A DNA stretch of 64,000 nt, taken from the NCBI GenBank assembly GCA_965198945.1, contig CBDAQI010000001.1, positions 288,001 through 352,000 of the forward strand. Direction: 5' to 3'. Positions within the stretch are counted from its first letter, which is position 1. Each line of letters begins with the position of its first letter. Both the position numbers and the translations under genes were made by a program. This stretch comes from Thermodesulfobacteriota bacterium (GTDB lineage: Bacteria > Desulfobacterota_D > UBA1144 > Nemesobacterales > Mycalebacteriaceae). Under the pieces are notes generated by a model. The model was not told the DNA's origin. It searched no databases and saw nothing but the letters and a program-made list of their open reading frames with translations. Positions 29,477 to 39,078 of the stretch are shown here, piece by piece.

Positions 29477-30267
29477 TTTGAGTTTTTTCCAATTTCCGCC
29501 ATGACGGCTTTCATATCTTCCCAGGCAGGTTTTTTGAAAGCCGGGTTTCTGAGAAGCGCGGCGGGGTGATATGTTACTATAAGTTTTGTTCCGCCGTAGT
29601 TGTGGAAAACTCCGCGCAGGGAACCGAGTGAGGGGTTTTGGAGCTTCAAAAGCGCCTTGGCCGCCACAAGGCCGAGGCACACTATAACCTCCGGTGAAAC
29701 CGACCTTATCTGCTTTATTAAAAAAGGCTCGCAACTGGAGACTTCTTCCGGCTCGGGATTTCGGTTTCCGGGCGGTCTGCATTTAACAACATTGCAGATA
29801 TACACTTCTTCCCTTTTCATGCCCATGGCGTTTATGATTTTATCCAGAAGTTTTCCGGCCCTGCCCACAAAGGGTCTTCCCTGTTCGTCTTCGTCTTTTC
29901 CCGGTCCCTCGCCCACAAAAACGATTTTTGCTTTTGGGTTACCCTCTCCGAAAACGATTGTTTTTCTCTCCGAATGAAGCTTGCACCTTTTACAGTCGCC
30001 CATTTCATCCTTGATTCCCCCAAGTCCGCCCGGGCTGTCCGACTCAAAAATGTCCGCCATCAGGGAGACCGAAATGGGAGAGGTTTTGCCGGACGCGGAT
30101 TCGGGCTGCTTTTTAGACGGTTTTGCATTTTGCTTAGCAGTTTTTGCCGCCGAAACGGGTGCGCTTTCCACTGCGGCCATTATCCTTCCGTTTCCCATCT
30201 GCGACTGAAACTCAAGATACGCCGTAAGGTCTCTTATCAGATCTTTTACTTCTTCGGTTTTACACAT
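29467..30267 (-). CDS. udg: uracil-DNA glycosylase family 4 (Fe-S)
   Basis: CKRCKL, VGEGPG, PFVGRAG, NVVKCRPP, TYHPAALLR. Confidence 0.92.
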   Translation of the reverse strand: MCKTEEVKDLIRDLTAYLEFQSQMGNGRIMAAVESAPVSAAKTAKQNAKPSKKQPESASGKTSPISVSLMADIFESDSPGGLGGIKDEMGDCKRCKLHSERKTIVFGEGNPKAKIVFVGEGPGKDEDEQGRPFVGRAGKLLDKIINAMGMKREEVYICNVVKCRPPGNRNPEPEEVSSCEPFLIKQIRSVSPEVIVCLGLVAAKALLKLQNPSLGSLRGVFHNYGGTKLIVTYHPAALLRNPAFKKPAWEDMKAVMAEIGKNSKRP

Positions 30268-30351
30268 CCGCCGTGCGTCCAGAGCATTTGAAAGACGCCC
30301 CCCGTTTATCTAAAATATACATCCCCGCAGGCGGATAATGAAATCACCGCC

Positions 30352-32766
30352 GTGAATGCCCCGATGGAAAAAACCTACGACCCCAGAACAATTGAGAAAA
30401 AGTGGCAGAAGGAGTGGGAGGAATCTTCCGCACACAAAACAGACCCCGGTTCCGGCAAGCCCGGATTTTATGTTCTTGAGATGTTTCCGTATCCGTCCGG
30501 CAGGATACATATGGGCCATGTCCGCAACTATACGATGGGCGATGTAATCGCCCGCTACCGTAGAGCGCGCGGCTTTGAGGTTCTTCATCCGATCGGCTGG
30601 GACGCCTTCGGTCTGCCGGCGGAGAACGCGGCTATAGAAAACGGGACCAGTCCCGCAGAGTGGACAAAAAAAAATATCGCCCAGATGCGGACACAGCTTA
30701 AACGGCTGGGTTTTTCCTACGACTGGTCGCGGGAGATTGCCACCTGCGACCCCTCATACTATAAATGGGAGCAGTGGCTTTTTCTGAAAATGCTTGAGAA
30801 GGGTCTCGCTTATCGCAAAAAGACTTTTGTGAACTGGGATCCCAAAGACAAAACCGTTCTCGCCAATGAGCAGGTCATAGACGGAAGGGGCTGGCGTTCG
30901 GGGGCGGTTGTGGAGCGCAGAGAAATAAACCAGTGGTTTTTGCGAATAAGCGATTATTCGGATGAACTTCTGGAATCTCTCAAGGGTCTTGACCACTGGC
31001 CTGATTCGGTAAAAACAATGCAGTCAAACTGGATAGGGCGTTCCGAGGGTGTTGAAATTGAGTTTGATTGTGAAGCGTTAGGCTTCCCGATAGAGATTTT
31101 TACCACGAGACCCGACACGGTTGCGGGCGCCACCTTTCTTGCCGTTGCTCCGGAACATCCCGCGGCTCTCAAGGCCGCACGGAAAAACAGGTTGGTTGCG
31201 GATTTTATAAATGAGACCAAATCTCTTCCAGTTTCGGAAGCGGAAATGGAAACACTTGAGAAAAAAGGCCTGCCGCTCGGCATTTCCGCGGTGAATCCGG
31301 TTACGGGTGAAAAAATTCCCGTCTGGACGGCAAATTTCGTTCTTATGAGCTATGGCACCGGGGCCGTGATGTCCGTTCCCGCGCATGACGGGCGCGATTT
31401 TGATTTTGCAAAGAAATACAACCTTCCGGTAAAACAAGTGGTTTTTCCGGAAAACACGGATTGTGACATATCTGCGGGCGCTTATACGGGAAAGGGTGTC
31501 TTGAAAAACTCCGGAAGTTTTGATGGGCTGTCTTCTGACGAGGCTTTCTATTGCATGGCGGATTTTCTGAAAAACAACGGCAAAGGCGGAAGGGCGGTAA
31601 AATACCGCCTGAGGGATTGGGGAATTTCACGCCAGCGCTACTGGGGAACCCCGATTCCCGTTATCCACTGCGGAGACTGCGGAGCGGAGCCCGTTCCTGA
31701 AAAGGATTTGCCCGTGAAATTGCCCGAAGATGTGAGTTTCGGGGGAAATAAAATTCCTTCCCTTGCGGAGATTGAATCTTTTGTTTCCGTTTTGTGTCCG
31801 AAGTGTGGCGGAGAGGCAAAAAGAGACACGGACACAATGGACACTTTTGTTGAGTCTTCGTGGTATTTTCTCAGATATGCGTCTCCGGATTTTAGCGAGG
31901 CTATTTTTGACCGTGAAGCCGTAAAAAAATGGCTGCCCGTTAATCAATACATCGGAGGAGTTGAACACGCAATCCTTCATTTGCTTTATTCAAGATTTTT
32001 TGTCCGCGCTCTCAGAGACCTGGGCCTGTGCGATTTTGATGAGCCGTTCAGCGCGCTGCTTACTCAGGGAATGGTGATAAAAGACGGCGCGAAGATGTCA
32101 AAATCTCTCGGCAACACGGTTGACCCCGATGAGATGATAGAAAAATACGGGGCGGATTCGGTTCGCCTTTTTATTCTTTTCGCCGCGCCCGCGGAAAAAT
32201 CGCTGGACTGGAATGAAAAAGGCATTGAGGGGACGAGCAGATTTTTAAGGAGACTTTGGAATTTGTCAGTTTCCGCCGGGAAAACGGATGAAGGCGGCCC
32301 GGAAAAAAATATTTTGCCCCAAATGCACGGAACAATAAAAAAAATTACCGCAGACATAGAACGTTTTCATTTTAATACGGCCGTCGCCGCGTTGATGGAA
32401 TTTTTGAATTTTGTTGAAAAATCGTCCGCGGTAACACCCGAAACACTTGGAGTTATGGCGAAACTTCTTTCACCCATGGTTCCCCATTTCGCTGAGGAAA
32501 TATGGGAAATCCTGGGAAATCAAAACTCGGTTTTTCTTGAGCCGTGGCCCGAATGGGACCAGTCTCTGTTAAAGTCTGAAGCGGTTACGGTTGTTTTTCA
32601 GGTTAACGGGAAATTGCGTTCACAAATTCAAATGCCTGCCGGAGCGGAAAAAGAGGAGATGGAGAATGCGGCTATTTCCGATGAAAAAGTGAGAAAATTT
32701 ACTGATGGAAAAAAGATAAGAAAAATTATTGTTGTGCCCGGAAAACTGGTAAATGTGGTCGTCTGA
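30352..32766 (+). CDS. leuS: leucine--tRNA ligase
   Basis: [25 protein letters not shown]. Start is GTG 30352 or ATG 30364. Confidence 0.96.
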   Translation: MNAPMEKTYDPRTIEKKWQKEWEESSAHKTDPGSGKPGFYVLEMFPYPSGRIHMGHVRNYTMGDVIARYRRARGFEVLHPIGWDAFGLPAENAAIENGTSPAEWTKKNIAQMRTQLKRLGFSYDWSREIATCDPSYYKWEQWLFLKMLEKGLAYRKKTFVNWDPKDKTVLANEQVIDGRGWRSGAVVERREINQWFLRISDYSDELLESLKGLDHWPDSVKTMQSNWIGRSEGVEIEFDCEALGFPIEIFTTRPDTVAGATFLAVAPEHPAALKAARKNRLVADFINETKSLPVSEAEMETLEKKGLPLGISAVNPVTGEKIPVWTANFVLMSYGTGAVMSVPAHDGRDFDFAKKYNLPVKQVVFPENTDCDISAGAYTGKGVLKNSGSFDGLSSDEAFYCMADFLKNNGKGGRAVKYRLRDWGISRQRYWGTPIPVIHCGDCGAEPVPEKDLPVKLPEDVSFGGNKIPSLAEIESFVSVLCPKCGGEAKRDTDTMDTFVESSWYFLRYASPDFSEAIFDREAVKKWLPVNQYIGGVEHAILHLLYSRFFVRALRDLGLCDFDEPFSALLTQGMVIKDGAKMSKSLGNTVDPDEMIEKYGADSVRLFILFAAPAEKSLDWNEKGIEGTSRFLRRLWNLSVSAGKTDEGGPEKNILPQMHGTIKKITADIERFHFNTAVAALMEFLNFVEKSSAVTPETLGVMAKLLSPMVPHFAEEIWEILGNQNSVFLEPWPEWDQSLLKSEAVTVVFQVNGKLRSQIQMPAGAEKEEMENAAISDEKVRKFTDGKKIRKIIVVPGKLVNVVV

Positions 32767-32767
32767 A

Positions 32768-33289
32768 ATGTTTGATATTTATGAAGATGACAAATATCGG
32801 AACAGCCGTTTTCTATTGGGAAGAGAAGGCAAAAACAAACTGTTTGCCGTGGGTCTCAACCCCAGCACGGCGGATAATACAAAGTCTGACACCACAATTT
32901 CAAAAATTCGGGGCGTTGCAGAACGCAATGGATTTGATGGTTTTATTGTCGTAGACTTATGTCCGTTGCGTCATACAAAACCCGATGAATTGCCGTATGG
33001 TTATGACAATGGTCTTATGTCTGAAAATATTGAAAGAGTTTTTGGTTATGCCGGAAAGCAGTGTAATCCGGTTTTCTGGTGCGCTTGGGGAGAGAGTATT
33101 AAAATACGGAATTATTTGACTGAATGCTGCGGAATTTTTATTGAAAAGGACGTTGAAATAAACGCTCAGTGGAAGCGCTTTGGTGCGTTGACGAAAAAAG
33201 GTCATCCAAGACACCCTTCCCGTGTCAGGTATGGTTGGAAATTTCAGGATTTTAATGCTTTGAATTACATTGAGGAATTAAACGGATGA
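32768..33289 (+). CDS. DUF1643-like protein
   Basis: GLNPSTAD, CAWG, LTKKGHPRHP. ATG 32768 directly after the leuS stop. Confidence 0.75.
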   Translation: MFDIYEDDKYRNSRFLLGREGKNKLFAVGLNPSTADNTKSDTTISKIRGVAERNGFDGFIVVDLCPLRHTKPDELPYGYDNGLMSENIERVFGYAGKQCNPVFWCAWGESIKIRNYLTECCGIFIEKDVEINAQWKRFGALTKKGHPRHPSRVRYGWKFQDFNALNYIEELNG

Positions 33290-34341
33290 GCGGAAAATTA
33301 TTGGACAAAAAGGTCAGGGCGGTTGAAGTGGAAGGCGGCAGAAGCGTTTCGGATTTAATTTCCGCCATGGCAAAAACCGGATTTCAGGGCGGGAGTCTCG
33401 CCCGGACGGTTGAGATTTTTGAGAAAATAATAAAAGATCCGGATGTTACGATTTTTCTCGGCTATGCGGGTTCTCTGTCCACAACCGGACAGTGGAAAAT
33501 AATAAACTGGCTTATTGAAAATCGTTTTATTGACGTGCTTGTTCCCACCGGCGCGAACATATCCGAAGATATTATAGACGCAATGGGTTTTGACTATTTT
33601 CAGGGCTCTCACAGAGCGAGTGATGAGGAACTTTTTGCGGAGGGAATAAACCGCTATTACGATGTCTACGGAAAAGAGAGCGACTATCTTGAAATGACCG
33701 AAATGATAGCGGATTTTATTCTTACGCTTGATGAAAAACACAAATATTCATCCCGTGAATTTTTGAAACTTTTCGGCGAACATCTCTCCGGAAAAAAAAT
33801 AAATTCAATTGTCGCCGCCGCTGCAAAAAACGGTGTCCCGGTCTTTTGCCCGGCAATTGCGGACAGTCCATATGGAGACGGCGCGCTTATTGCCGAAAGC
33901 AAAGGATTTCATCTGACAATAGACTCTATAAAAGATTATGTGGAATTTATGGCGATGGGAGAAAGTGTCAAACAGACGGCGGTAATTTACATAGGCGGCG
34001 GTGTTCCCAAGGATTTTATTCAGCTTTTTGCGGTAACAGGTGATTTGCTCTATGAAAACAGAACCGTTCCCGGAAGGGAGAAGGGAATTAACAGAAAAGG
34101 AACCGGACCTGCCGAGACCTACTACCCGCACAAATACGCGATTCAGATTACAACCGATTCTCAGCAATGGGGAGGCCTTAGCGGGTGCACTTTTGAAGAG
34201 GCGGTCTCATGGGGTAAAGAAGACCCGGAAGGCGGGCTCGTGCAGTGTTACTGTGATGCGACCATTGCTCTGCCCATCGTTTCCCAGGGGATTGCCGAGA
34301 GGGTGAAAAAAAGGCGAAAGGGAACGGATTTTAATTTTTAA
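33286..34341 (+). CDS. deoxyhypusine synthase-like (homospermidine synthase-type) protein
   Basis: TGFQG, IGGGVPKDF, GGLSGCTFEEAVSWGK, CDATIALP. Confidence 0.88.
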   Translation: MSGKLLDKKVRAVEVEGGRSVSDLISAMAKTGFQGGSLARTVEIFEKIIKDPDVTIFLGYAGSLSTTGQWKIINWLIENRFIDVLVPTGANISEDIIDAMGFDYFQGSHRASDEELFAEGINRYYDVYGKESDYLEMTEMIADFILTLDEKHKYSSREFLKLFGEHLSGKKINSIVAAAAKNGVPVFCPAIADSPYGDGALIAESKGFHLTIDSIKDYVEFMAMGESVKQTAVIYIGGGVPKDFIQLFAVTGDLLYENRTVPGREKGINRKGTGPAETYYPHKYAIQITTDSQQWGGLSGCTFEEAVSWGKEDPEGGLVQCYCDATIALPIVSQGIAERVKKRRKGTDFNF

Positions 34342-34370
34342 CCGGCTTAATTTCAGCCGAAACGGGAGGA

Positions 34371-35138
34371 ATGAAAATGCGTCTTAAGGGAAAAACCGCT
34401 TTAATCACAGGTGGAAGCGAGGGAATAGGGAGGGTGACAGCTTTGCTTTTCTGCAAGGAGGGGGCAAAGGTTGGAATTATGTCCAGAACCGCAGCGAATC
34501 TCCGCAAGGTGGTTTCCGAGGCAAAAGGGCGTGGCGAGATAAAAGCCTTTTCGGGCGATGTTTCAAAAGAAAAGGATGTGAAGAGGGTGGTTAAAGCGTT
34601 TTATAAAAAGTTCGGCGCAATTGACATTCTTTTCAACAACGCCGGAATTCTTGAAGGCGGAACCGTTGTTACGACCTCAAACGATGTCTGGGACAGAACA
34701 ATGGATATAAATGTGAAAGGAGTTTTTCTGATGAGCAAATACGCCGTCCCTTTAATGGCAAAAAACGGCGGCGGTTCAATAATAAACAATTCAAGCGTTC
34801 TCGGAATTGTCGGAATGGAAGACTGCGTGGCTTATAACGCTTCAAAGGGCGCGGTCAGGCAGATTACCCGCAGCATGGCGCTTGATCACGCGAAGGAAAA
34901 AATCAGAGTCAATTCCGTCTGCCCGGGCTACATAAAAACAAAAATGGATGTTGAATTTATGGGAAACCCTCCGGATGCGGAAGAAAAACTTGATGAAATA
35001 GCGGCGGGGATGATTCCGATGGTCAGAAGGGCGGAAGCGGTGGAAGTTGCTCAGGCGGTTTTGTTTCTCGCCGGTGATGAATCAAGTTATATGACGGGGT
35101 CAGATCTTGTAATTGACGGCGGTTGGACGGTTGTTTGA
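34371..35138 (+). CDS. short-chain dehydrogenase/reductase
   Basis: TGGSEGIG, NNAG, YNASK, VIDGG. Confidence 0.92.
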   Translation: MKMRLKGKTALITGGSEGIGRVTALLFCKEGAKVGIMSRTAANLRKVVSEAKGRGEIKAFSGDVSKEKDVKRVVKAFYKKFGAIDILFNNAGILEGGTVVTTSNDVWDRTMDINVKGVFLMSKYAVPLMAKNGGGSIINNSSVLGIVGMEDCVAYNASKGAVRQITRSMALDHAKEKIRVNSVCPGYIKTKMDVEFMGNPPDAEEKLDEIAAGMIPMVRRAEAVEVAQAVLFLAGDESSYMTGSDLVIDGGWTVV

Positions 35139-35278
35139 GCAGATGAGTTTTACGGGACTGTTGGAAATTTTCCGCTATAGCCGCATTCAAAACTGCTGAA
35201 AGAAAGCATTGCGCCACCCGGATTTTTTGACTTCAAAAGTCGTCCGGAAACTCTAAAATCTGTAACGGTTTCAGAGAG

Positions 35279-36319
35279 TTAAATCCCCGCTCTTGGTCCG
35301 GAATACTGGTCGCAGAGGATTATCATTCCTTTGTCCCAGTCTTTTACAACGGCGCCAAAAGATGCAAACCCCGTGGCCGTCATAGTGGTTGAGTTCTTTG
35401 ACTCAAACATTTCCTGTCCGGAATCTCCGATTACGGCTCCGAGATAATCTTCTTCAAAAACCATCACGAGGTCGTAGTTGCCCGCTCCAGCTCCCGTTAC
35501 CTTTGCAACCGGCGCTCCAAAGTCATTTTCGTAGTTTATAATTTCCTCATTGTAGTCATTGAGCCAGACAAACTTGAATCTTTGCCAGGAGTCTATCTGG
35601 CTGTCTTCAAGCTTGTGTTTGATGCTGTAGTCATTGTTTATAAAAGAGTTGTCGGCAAGCAGAGATTCTCTTTGTCTCAAAGGAGCCACACAGAAAAGCG
35701 ACATCTTGCCGAAATTTCTGGCGTTGAGAATATTTCTGATTTTCGCCAGAGTCTTTCCGTTCAGGCCGCTTTTTCCCATTGGCTCCGAACTGAAACTGAA
35801 TTTGCCGTTGCTTTGATTGAATTTTGGTATTATGAGATCTCTGTCAAGTTCCTTTGCCATGCGGAAGTGTTTTTCAGCGCTGAGAACACCGGTTTTTCCT
35901 CCCGCCGCAAAGTCGGCCAGGGCGTTTAGTTTTACAACATCCTTAGCCCTTGCCATTGATCTTCCAACTTCAACTCCCATGTATTTTGAGAAATCTACGG
36001 AAAGCTTCTGCACCTCAGACTTATAGTCAAAAGCAAACTCGGCTTTATATTCCTTCAGTTCATTGGCTATGGCACGCCGTCCACTCGTGAGACTGCGGGC
36101 CTGTTCTTCAATTGAGTGAAGTTTTGTTTTGACTTTATCAACAAAGAATGTGTGTTTATTGCCCGTTCCGTTTGCGCTTTCCATTTCACAAATGCTTTCA
36201 AGGGCTCCGCCTTCATTCTGAAGCGTGGATTGATAGGCGTTTGCGAAGGTTTCAACAAAAACGCCGGAAGGGTCAAACCTTGAAGACCATTTCCTGTCAA
36301 TTATTATTTCATCCGGCAT
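35279..36319 (-). CDS. orphan phage major-capsid-like protein (HK97 fold, podovirus type), putative
   Basis: 346 aa. Colinear resemblance, by eye, to podovirus capsids: FVETFANAYQSTLQ, RRAI, SMARAKD, GLNGKTL..ILN, QRESLL..DY..L..QIDSWQRFKFV, FGAV..IILCDQ. Confidence 0.6.
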   Translation of the reverse strand: MPDEIIIDRKWSSRFDPSGVFVETFANAYQSTLQNEGGALESICEMESANGTGNKHTFFVDKVKTKLHSIEEQARSLTSGRRAIANELKEYKAEFAFDYKSEVQKLSVDFSKYMGVEVGRSMARAKDVVKLNALADFAAGGKTGVLSAEKHFRMAKELDRDLIIPKFNQSNGKFSFSSEPMGKSGLNGKTLAKIRNILNARNFGKMSLFCVAPLRQRESLLADNSFINNDYSIKHKLEDSQIDSWQRFKFVWLNDYNEEIINYENDFGAPVAKVTGAGAGNYDLVMVFEEDYLGAVIGDSGQEMFESKNSTTMTATGFASFGAVVKDWDKGMIILCDQYSGPRAGI

Positions 36320-36542
36320 AATTTACGACCCCGTGTGTTTTGATTCTGGCGGATAAAAATCCTTGCTGAGCCTCCCCGCGGTAAGACAATGCAGAACCCT
36401 CCCGTTCTTCAGTTCAGCGCAACCTTTCCTATCGCAAGGCAAAATTGAATCAAAAGTCAAGCTTTATAGGATGTTTGTTTTAGTTAAATTTTTCTTGTCT
36501 GAATATGATGGCGGCATTTTATAAGCGAAGATTAAAAAACAG

Positions 36543-37178
36543 CTATGAATTTTCTTTCAGGTGACCAGCCAGTTTTCTTGATGCTTTTTCCGCATCCTCT
36601 TCTCCGAAAATCGCCGTAATCACGGCAACTCCGTCCACTCCCGTTTTCAGAACATCGGTAATGTTTTCGGGAGTTATTCCACCGATGGCAAAGACCGGAA
36701 TTTTCAGTTTCGCTTTCGCTTCCTTCAAAATTTCAAAGTGTGTCGGTTTTCTATCCGGTTTTGTCGGTGTGGAATAAGGGGTTCCGAAGGCTGCGTAATC
36801 CGCCCCGGCTTTTTCAGCGCCCAACCCCCTTTTTATATCCCCGTAACAGGAAACCCCTATTATTGCCCCGTACCCGAGCAGTTTTCTCGCTTCTTCCACC
36901 GTTGTGTCATCTGCGCCCAGGTGGACTCCGTCCGCTCCGATTTTCTTCGCCGCTGCGGCGCTGTCATTTATTATCAGTGCAATTTTATGTCTTCTCGTGA
37001 TTTTCAGAAGAAGTTTTCCCTTCCGGATAATTTCATCCTCTTCCGCTTCTTTTTCCCGCAGTTGAATGATTTGTGCGCCGCCTTTGATTGCCGATTCAAC
37101 GGTTCGGGCAAAGCGGTTTTCAGCAATAAGGCGCGAATCCGTTATGGCGTAAAGTCCGCTCAGATCAAAAGCGGGCAT
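36543..37178 (-). CDS. thiE: thiamine-phosphate synthase
   Basis: LYAITD, QLREK, IIND, DGVHLG, TPTK, AIGGI. Confidence 0.93.
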   Translation of the reverse strand: MPAFDLSGLYAITDSRLIAENRFARTVESAIKGGAQIIQLREKEAEEDEIIRKGKLLLKITRRHKIALIINDSAAAAKKIGADGVHLGADDTTVEEARKLLGYGAIIGVSCYGDIKRGLGAEKAGADYAAFGTPYSTPTKPDRKPTHFEILKEAKAKLKIPVFAIGGITPENITDVLKTGVDGVAVITAIFGEEDAEKASRKLAGHLKENS

Positions 37179-38557
37179 CAGCGTGTTTCAATCCGTTTGA
37201 ATATGGCATCTCTGACCGCGTTGTAATTGTCCGGCAGTTCTATGGGGCTGTTACGGAGTTTTTTGCCGACACCCGCGATTTTGCCTTCGTGGTATCCGAT
37301 TTTGAATTCAACAAATTTAAGCCCGTGCGCGGTTGAGATGATTACAACTTTGTCATTTTTTTTGAATGTTTTCCTGGCTTGGAGTTTAAGGAAAACCGCG
37401 AGCGCAACACCCGTGTGAGGGCAGTTGAAAGTTCCGGTTCTGTCCGCCATTGCGGCCGCGTCGGACAACTCTTTTTCAGACGCCTGCTCAACAATGCCGT
37501 TGAACTCTTTGAGGGTGTTTATCGCCTTGTTTACACTGACCGGATTTCCTATCTGAATCGCATTGGCAAGAGTTTTTTTCGCTTTTACTGGTTTGAATTC
37601 CTTAAATCCTTTTTTGTAACTCAGATAGAGAGGGTTTGCATTTCTGGATTGTGCGCAAACAATTCGCGGCAGTTTTTTTATCAGACCAAGGTTGCGCATA
37701 AGTAAAAACCCCTTGCCGAGAGCGGACACATTTCCGAGATTGCCGCCCGGAATTATTATCCAGTCCGGCACCTCCCATTTGAACTGCTGGCAAAGCTCAA
37801 TGCTTATTGTTTTCTGCCCTTCAATCCGCAGAGAGTTGATTGAATTTGCAAGATAGATGTTGTGTTCCTCGGTTACTTTTTGAACCATCTTCATACAGCC
37901 GTCAAAATCTGTGTCTATGGAAAGAACTATAGCTCCGTTTGAAATCGGTTGGACAAGCTGGGCGAGTGAAACCTTTCCCTTGGGCAGGAAGACAATCGCG
38001 GGAATATCAGCCGCGGCGCAATATGCGGCAAGGGCCGCTGAAGTGTCTCCGGTGGAAGCGCAGGCGACCGCGGGAATGTCCCGTTTTTTTCTCCGCATAT
38101 GTCTGACCACAGAAACAAGTACGGTCATTCCCAGATCTTTGAAAGAGCCCGTGTGGCTGTTTCCGCACATTTTTATCCAGATGTCATTCATTCCGACCTG
38201 TTTTCCGAAGCGATCAGCCCAGAAAAGGTTGGTTGAGCCCTCATACATTGAAACGATGTCATTATCTCTCACAACCGGACACACCCATTCCTTTTTTCCC
38301 CAAACCGAGCTTCCATGCGGCCACGACTGGTTTTTATAACGTTCGTCAAACAGATTTTTCCATTCAGAAGGTGATTTTTTCGCCAGCAATTCCCGGTCAT
38401 GCGTAACTTCAAGCAGGTCGTTGCAGTTCCGGCAGCGATATATCACTTCGTCAATTTCATAAGTTTGTCCGCATTCGGGGTTTATGCAGTTCAGCCACGC
38501 GCGGTATTCGGGTATTTTTTTCTCTTTTCCGGAAGTTTTGGAAGCGGTTCTGGGCAT
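37178..38557 (-). CDS. thrC: threonine synthase
   Basis: HTGSFKDLGM, CASTGDTSAA, RIEGQKT, STAHGLKF. True start ATG 38557, since the longer ORF runs antisense through a tRNA. Confidence 0.92.
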   Translation of the reverse strand: MPRTASKTSGKEKKIPEYRAWLNCINPECGQTYEIDEVIYRCRNCNDLLEVTHDRELLAKKSPSEWKNLFDERYKNQSWPHGSSVWGKKEWVCPVVRDNDIVSMYEGSTNLFWADRFGKQVGMNDIWIKMCGNSHTGSFKDLGMTVLVSVVRHMRRKKRDIPAVACASTGDTSAALAAYCAAADIPAIVFLPKGKVSLAQLVQPISNGAIVLSIDTDFDGCMKMVQKVTEEHNIYLANSINSLRIEGQKTISIELCQQFKWEVPDWIIIPGGNLGNVSALGKGFLLMRNLGLIKKLPRIVCAQSRNANPLYLSYKKGFKEFKPVKAKKTLANAIQIGNPVSVNKAINTLKEFNGIVEQASEKELSDAAAMADRTGTFNCPHTGVALAVFLKLQARKTFKKNDKVVIISTAHGLKFVEFKIGYHEGKIAGVGKKLRNSPIELPDNYNAVRDAIFKRIETR

Positions 38558-38600
38558 AGCGAAAAATACCGCAAGGCAAGGGCGGGTGTCAATCTTCTCC

Positions 38601-38629
38601 TTGACACAAAACCGCTTTTGAAACACAAT
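38601..38629 (+). promoter_or_regulatory. sigma70-like promoter for tRNA-Val
   Basis: TTGACA-N17-CACAAT ending 18 nt before the tRNA. Confidence 0.55.
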
Positions 38630-38647
38630 AACGCCGCTTTTGTTAAA

Positions 38648-38722
38648 GAGCGCGTAGCTCAGCGGGAGAGCGCTTGCCCGACACGCAAGAGGTCGCTGGT
38701 TCAATCCCAGCCGCGCTCACCA
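38648..38722 (+). tRNA. tRNA-Val(GAC)
   Basis: GAGCGCG/CGCGCTC stem, CTTGC-CC-GAC-AC-GCAAG, GGTTCAATCC, encoded ACCA. Confidence 0.95.
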
Positions 38723-38932
38723 GTTCAGGATCTTATTCAGGTTTTTGTCTACAAGATCAATATCTTGTTTGAGGGCGGCATTTCTAATTTTTTTCAATTC
38801 GGAATGTTTGCAGCCGATCTCATAAGCAAAATCACAGAGTCGCACGGCTTCCGACCAGTCTCCGGACGATGCGGACTGCCAAATCCGCCCCAGATTGAAG
38901 ATTAGAGGATTTGGAATTTCACTGTTTTTCAT
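38717..38932 (-). CDS. small hypothetical helical protein (71 aa)
   Basis: ATG 38932. Fills the spacer between two tRNAs and has a protein-like amphipathic sequence. Confidence 0.4.
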   Translation of the reverse strand: MKNSEIPNPLIFNLGRIWQSASSGDWSEAVRLCDFAYEIGCKHSELKKIRNAALKQDIDLVDKNLNKILNW

Positions 38933-38995
38933 CAAATTGACTTTAATCGATTTTTTTGACTTTTTTACAAAATCCAAAACAATATACCCGCTTCG

Positions 38996-39070
38996 GGCCT
39001 CGTAGCTCAGAGGGAGAGCGTTCGCCTCACACGCGAAAGGTCGCTGGTTCAATTCCAGCCGGGGCCACCA
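38996..39070 (+). tRNA. tRNA-Val(CAC)
   Basis: GGCCTCG/CGGGGCC stem, TTCGC-CT-CAC-AC-GCGAA, GGTTCAATTCC, encoded ACCA. Confidence 0.95.
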
Positions 39071-39078
39071 GTTTTTAG

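Noticed and set aside
35470..35520. GHMP-kinase-like motif AKVTGAGAG in the 346-aa ORF
   Set aside because: It is an isolated motif with no PxxxGLGSSAA. The whole-length pattern fits a capsid protein better.
36320..36542. TPP or other riboswitch near thiE / upstream of the capsid-like gene
   Set aside because: No CTGAGA..CCTGA core or other recognisable aptamer, and the region is downstream of thiE. An Infernal/Rfam scan would be needed to exclude a novel RNA.
38558..38704. N-terminal extensions of thrC, the small inter-tRNA ORF and znuC in the ORF track
   Set aside because: The extensions are antisense translations of tRNAs or overlap zur. Downstream starts are more plausible.
35139..39070. 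Prophage around the capsid-like gene, anchored at tRNA-Val
   Set aside because: thiE and thrC lie between them. I saw no integrase, other phage genes or duplicated tRNA 3' end.
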